Part shown: piece after piece, positions 61,913 to 64,000 of the stretch
Layout: each line of letters starts with the position of its first letter
How positions within the stretch are numbered: position 1 is the stretch's first letter
NCBI GenBank assembly: GCA_964501505.1
Contig: CAZCSY010000001.1
Span: 4,962-68,961 of the forward strand
Length of the DNA stretch: 64,000 nucleotides
Source: an uncultured Planctomycetia bacterium
GTDB lineage: Bacteria > Omnitrophota > Gorgyraeia > Velamenicoccales > Velamenicoccaceae
Direction of reading: 5' to 3'
Notes under the pieces: model-generated
What the model saw: the letters and a program-made list of their open reading frames with translations, nothing else
What the model was told of the DNA's origin: nothing
Database searches by the model: none
Program-made: the position numbers and the translations under genes

Positions 61913-62204
61913 CGGTGTCAAGATGACGTGGGAGAAGACGACCGAGGAGAGGTTCAAGAAGATGCTCGGCAAGATGCCGGTCTTTCACCGGCACATGACC
62001 GAGATTGGCGCGACCCAGAAGGCCGAGGAGAACGCGCGGGGGCGGGGGTCCCGGATTGTCGAAGAGGTCGATCTGATGCAGGCGATGTTCTCCGAGGTGC
62101 CCCTTCAGTTCTATTCCTTGATGATCCGGTTGCTCGACGACGTCGGCTTCGACTATAAGAAGCACGACCTGCCGCGCCGTCGACCCCCAAGGGACGCGCC
62201 CTAA
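61905..62204 (+). CDS. PCP-reductase-like small protein
   Basis: MTWEKTTEERFKKMLGKMPVFHRHMTEIGATQKAEENARGRG..IVEEVDL resembles the protochlorophyllide-reductase C-terminal-like family. It overlaps the upstream stop. Confidence 0.55.
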   Translation: MSDGVKMTWEKTTEERFKKMLGKMPVFHRHMTEIGATQKAEENARGRGSRIVEEVDLMQAMFSEVPLQFYSLMIRLLDDVGFDYKKHDLPRRRPPRDAP

Positions 62205-62207
62205 AGG

Positions 62208-62675
62208 ATGAGAGAGAACCGGCATTCTATTCTGGTGCACTGCAGCGAAGAGGCGCTCGTCCCCGAGATCGTGGCGTGGGGCGAGGCCCCTTGGTGGCCG
62301 CGCGGTTCTTTGATGCGCTTCGTGCGCTTGACCGATGGGCCGGTCGGCGTCGGCACGCGGTATCGGCAGGAGGTCCGGCTTCCCTTTGCCCCGTCGTGGG
62401 ATGTGGCGGTTACCGCGGTGGGCCCGTACAGCATCACGCGTTCTTTTTTGAACGGCATGTTCACGGGCTCTGAGACACTGAGCGCCCGGCAAGAGCCCGG
62501 CGGCATGCGCGTCGTGTACGAGATGGATTACGAGGTGCGGGGAATGGTCCCGAGGGCCCTGTGGGTCCTTATTTTGCGGTACCTGCACGACGCGAACATC
62601 CGCCGGATCCTGAAAAATTTGAAGCGGTACTGCGAACAAGGAAGACAGAAGGAACGGGAGAAAGAGAAACGATGA
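62208..62675 (+). CDS. SRPBCC (START/Bet v1-like) family protein
   Basis: Size and a beta-rich pattern (..VGTRYRQEV..SITRSFLNGMFTGSETL..VVYEMDYEV..). Weak motif evidence. Confidence 0.5.
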   Translation: MRENRHSILVHCSEEALVPEIVAWGEAPWWPRGSLMRFVRLTDGPVGVGTRYRQEVRLPFAPSWDVAVTAVGPYSITRSFLNGMFTGSETLSARQEPGGMRVVYEMDYEVRGMVPRALWVLILRYLHDANIRRILKNLKRYCEQGRQKEREKEKR

Positions 62676-63700
62676 AGGCGGCGGTGATCGGGTTAGGGGC
62701 GATCGGAGGGCTCGTGGCCGGGTATCTGAAGGCCAAGGGCGCCGGCGTGATTGCCGTCGGACGCCTCGAGCAGAAGAAGCAGATCGAACGTCATGGCCTC
62801 GCGATCGAGGGTGCGCGCGGACGCTCCTTGCACTATCTCGACGTGAAGACGCGCCTGGAGGAGAAGGTGGACCTGGCCATCCTTACGGTCAAGACGCAGG
62901 ACATCCGCGACGCCGTCGACAAGTCGCGCGACTTTCTCGTCAACGGGCCCCTCATCCTTTCGACGCAGAACGGCGTGCGGGCCGATAAACTCCTGAGCAT
63001 GATGCTCGGTCCCGAGAGGCTCGTCTCAAGCATCGTGATGTTCGGCGCCACCTATATCCCGTACCACCGCATTGTGCATAATTTTGAAGGCAACTGGCTC
63101 ATCGGTCGGCCGTACGGACCGAACGACGAGGCGGTGGACCAGGTGATCGCGTTCCTGAAGCCCGCCTTTGAGGCCGTTGCCGTCGAGAACATCGGCGGCA
63201 TGAAGTGGACGAAGGTCTTCGTCAACGCCAGCAACTGCATCCCGGCGATCCTCGGCAAGAGCATGCAGGAGACGTACAGCGACCTTAAGATGTGCACGTG
63301 GGCGCTCAGGATCCTGAAAGAGGGCTTTGACGTGGTCGACCAGCTCAAGATCGAGCTTTTGGACATGCCGGACTTCGAGGTCAAGAAACTCAAAGGATTG
63401 AGCGCCCTGCCGCTCGAGCAGGCGGCGCCGGTCTATGCGGGGATCATGACGAATCTCAGCGACAAGCCGTTGTACGGCTCGATCCTGCAGAGCATTCAGC
63501 GCGGCCGGCCCAGTGAAATAGATTTCATCAACGGCGAGCTCGCCAATCAGGCGAAGACCCACAACATTGACGCCAAGCTTAACACCCGCGTCACCGAGCT
63601 CGTGCACAAGGTGGAGGAGACGAAGAGCTTTTTGACATCCGAGGCGTTTCACCAAGAAATGGAAAAGTGCACCCAGATAACGCGCAAGGACTTCTTTTAA
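62672..63700 (+). CDS. 2-dehydropantoate 2-reductase-family (ApbA/PanE) oxidoreductase
   Basis: MKAAVIGLGAIGG Rossmann motif, ..LTVKTQD.. and ..STQNG... ATGA overlap. Confidence 0.8.
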   Translation: MKAAVIGLGAIGGLVAGYLKAKGAGVIAVGRLEQKKQIERHGLAIEGARGRSLHYLDVKTRLEEKVDLAILTVKTQDIRDAVDKSRDFLVNGPLILSTQNGVRADKLLSMMLGPERLVSSIVMFGATYIPYHRIVHNFEGNWLIGRPYGPNDEAVDQVIAFLKPAFEAVAVENIGGMKWTKVFVNASNCIPAILGKSMQETYSDLKMCTWALRILKEGFDVVDQLKIELLDMPDFEVKKLKGLSALPLEQAAPVYAGIMTNLSDKPLYGSILQSIQRGRPSEIDFINGELANQAKTHNIDAKLNTRVTELVHKVEETKSFLTSEAFHQEMEKCTQITRKDFF

Positions 63701-63756
63701 AAGTTTTCGATGGAAGGAAGGCGTGATTCGATAATATCCCGGACGAGGAGCGTACG

Positions 63757-64000
63757 ATGGAAAAGAGCTTCAGTGAGTTGAGGAAGATCGTCAAGAAGAC
63801 GCGGGTGAAGTTCCCGCGCCTGCGTGCGACCGTGACCAAACAGGACGGCTACTGCTACCATTTTTACAAGGTCGGCGACCAGTTTGAGTTTGAGGATTTC
63901 ACGCATCCCCCGAAAGACTTTTGCCTGGGCGCCGTGCACTCGATGTTTCCGTGCATGTACGCCTTGACCTTCGGCGCCACGTTCCCGTTCATGGAGAACA
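63757..64000 (+). CDS. 5' part of a TIGR04076-like small Cys-containing protein (runs off the window)
   Basis: RBS gaggag. ..GYCYHFYKVGDQFEFEDF..PKDFCLGAVHSMFPCMYAL.. It is not in the ORF track because there is no stop in the window. Confidence 0.5.
   Translation, partial: MEKSFSELRKIVKKTRVKFPRLRATVTKQDGYCYHFYKVGDQFEFEDFTHPPKDFCLGAVHSMFPCMYALTFGATFPFMEN

Noticed and set aside
1-64000. Mobile elements, prophage, defence systems, CRISPR arrays, rRNA or tRNA.
   Set aside because: I read all intergenic gaps longer than 100 nt and all track ORFs. I found no transposase, integrase, recombinase, cas, restriction-modification or toxin-antitoxin signatures and no cloverleaf-like tRNA sequences. A tRNAscan/Rfam/HMM scan should confirm this.

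Overview
GC-rich bacterial chromosome segment. Hand-counted 100-nt windows give 64-67% GC in typical genes. It is densely packed and almost entirely + strand coding, and many stop/start overlaps indicate long operons. The gene content suggests an anaerobic diderm: NfnAB-like oxidoreductase, a desulforedoxin-like mini-protein, six radical SAM enzymes, and Omp85/OmpA/porin proteins. I saw no rRNA, tRNA, CRISPR array, transposase or integrase. The main candidate system lies at 0.1-10.1 kb. It is a His-Xaa-Ser (Hxs) type radical-SAM peptide-maturation operon with a His-triplet precursor, HxsB/HxsC-like radical SAM enzymes and an HxsD-like protein. The operon is expanded by a Cys-rich exported protein, a mini-HxsD, a GYPGCCC-motif protein, a TPR protein and an A24 (prepilin-type) aspartyl peptidase. 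A divergent arm carries two more radical SAM/SPASM enzymes and a deacetylase-like gene. Other notable items follow. (1) A ~125-nt 5' leader is shared almost down to the start codon by two unrelated genes, with a compensatory stem change between copies. (2) Three tandem conserved hairpins sit upstream of folE. (3) Several promoter-plus-terminator units could be small RNAs or attenuators. (4) A 53-aa desulforedoxin-like ORF is absent from the ORF track. (5) An M1 peptidase is fused to an Omp85-type barrel. (6) An ATP-grasp gene is paired with a lysine-2,3-aminomutase-like gene. (7) A cluster resembles the DHAP shunt for SAM by-product salvage and is followed by a B12-radical SAM module. (8) A ~5.4-kb lower-GC block (44-53%) has its right edge inside an intact comM and contains gene remnants and a 60-nt stretch of about 7% GC. 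The remainder is housekeeping: pabBC, era, purH, folC, mnmE, folE, accA and others. All family assignments come from motifs read by eye, and no database search was run.
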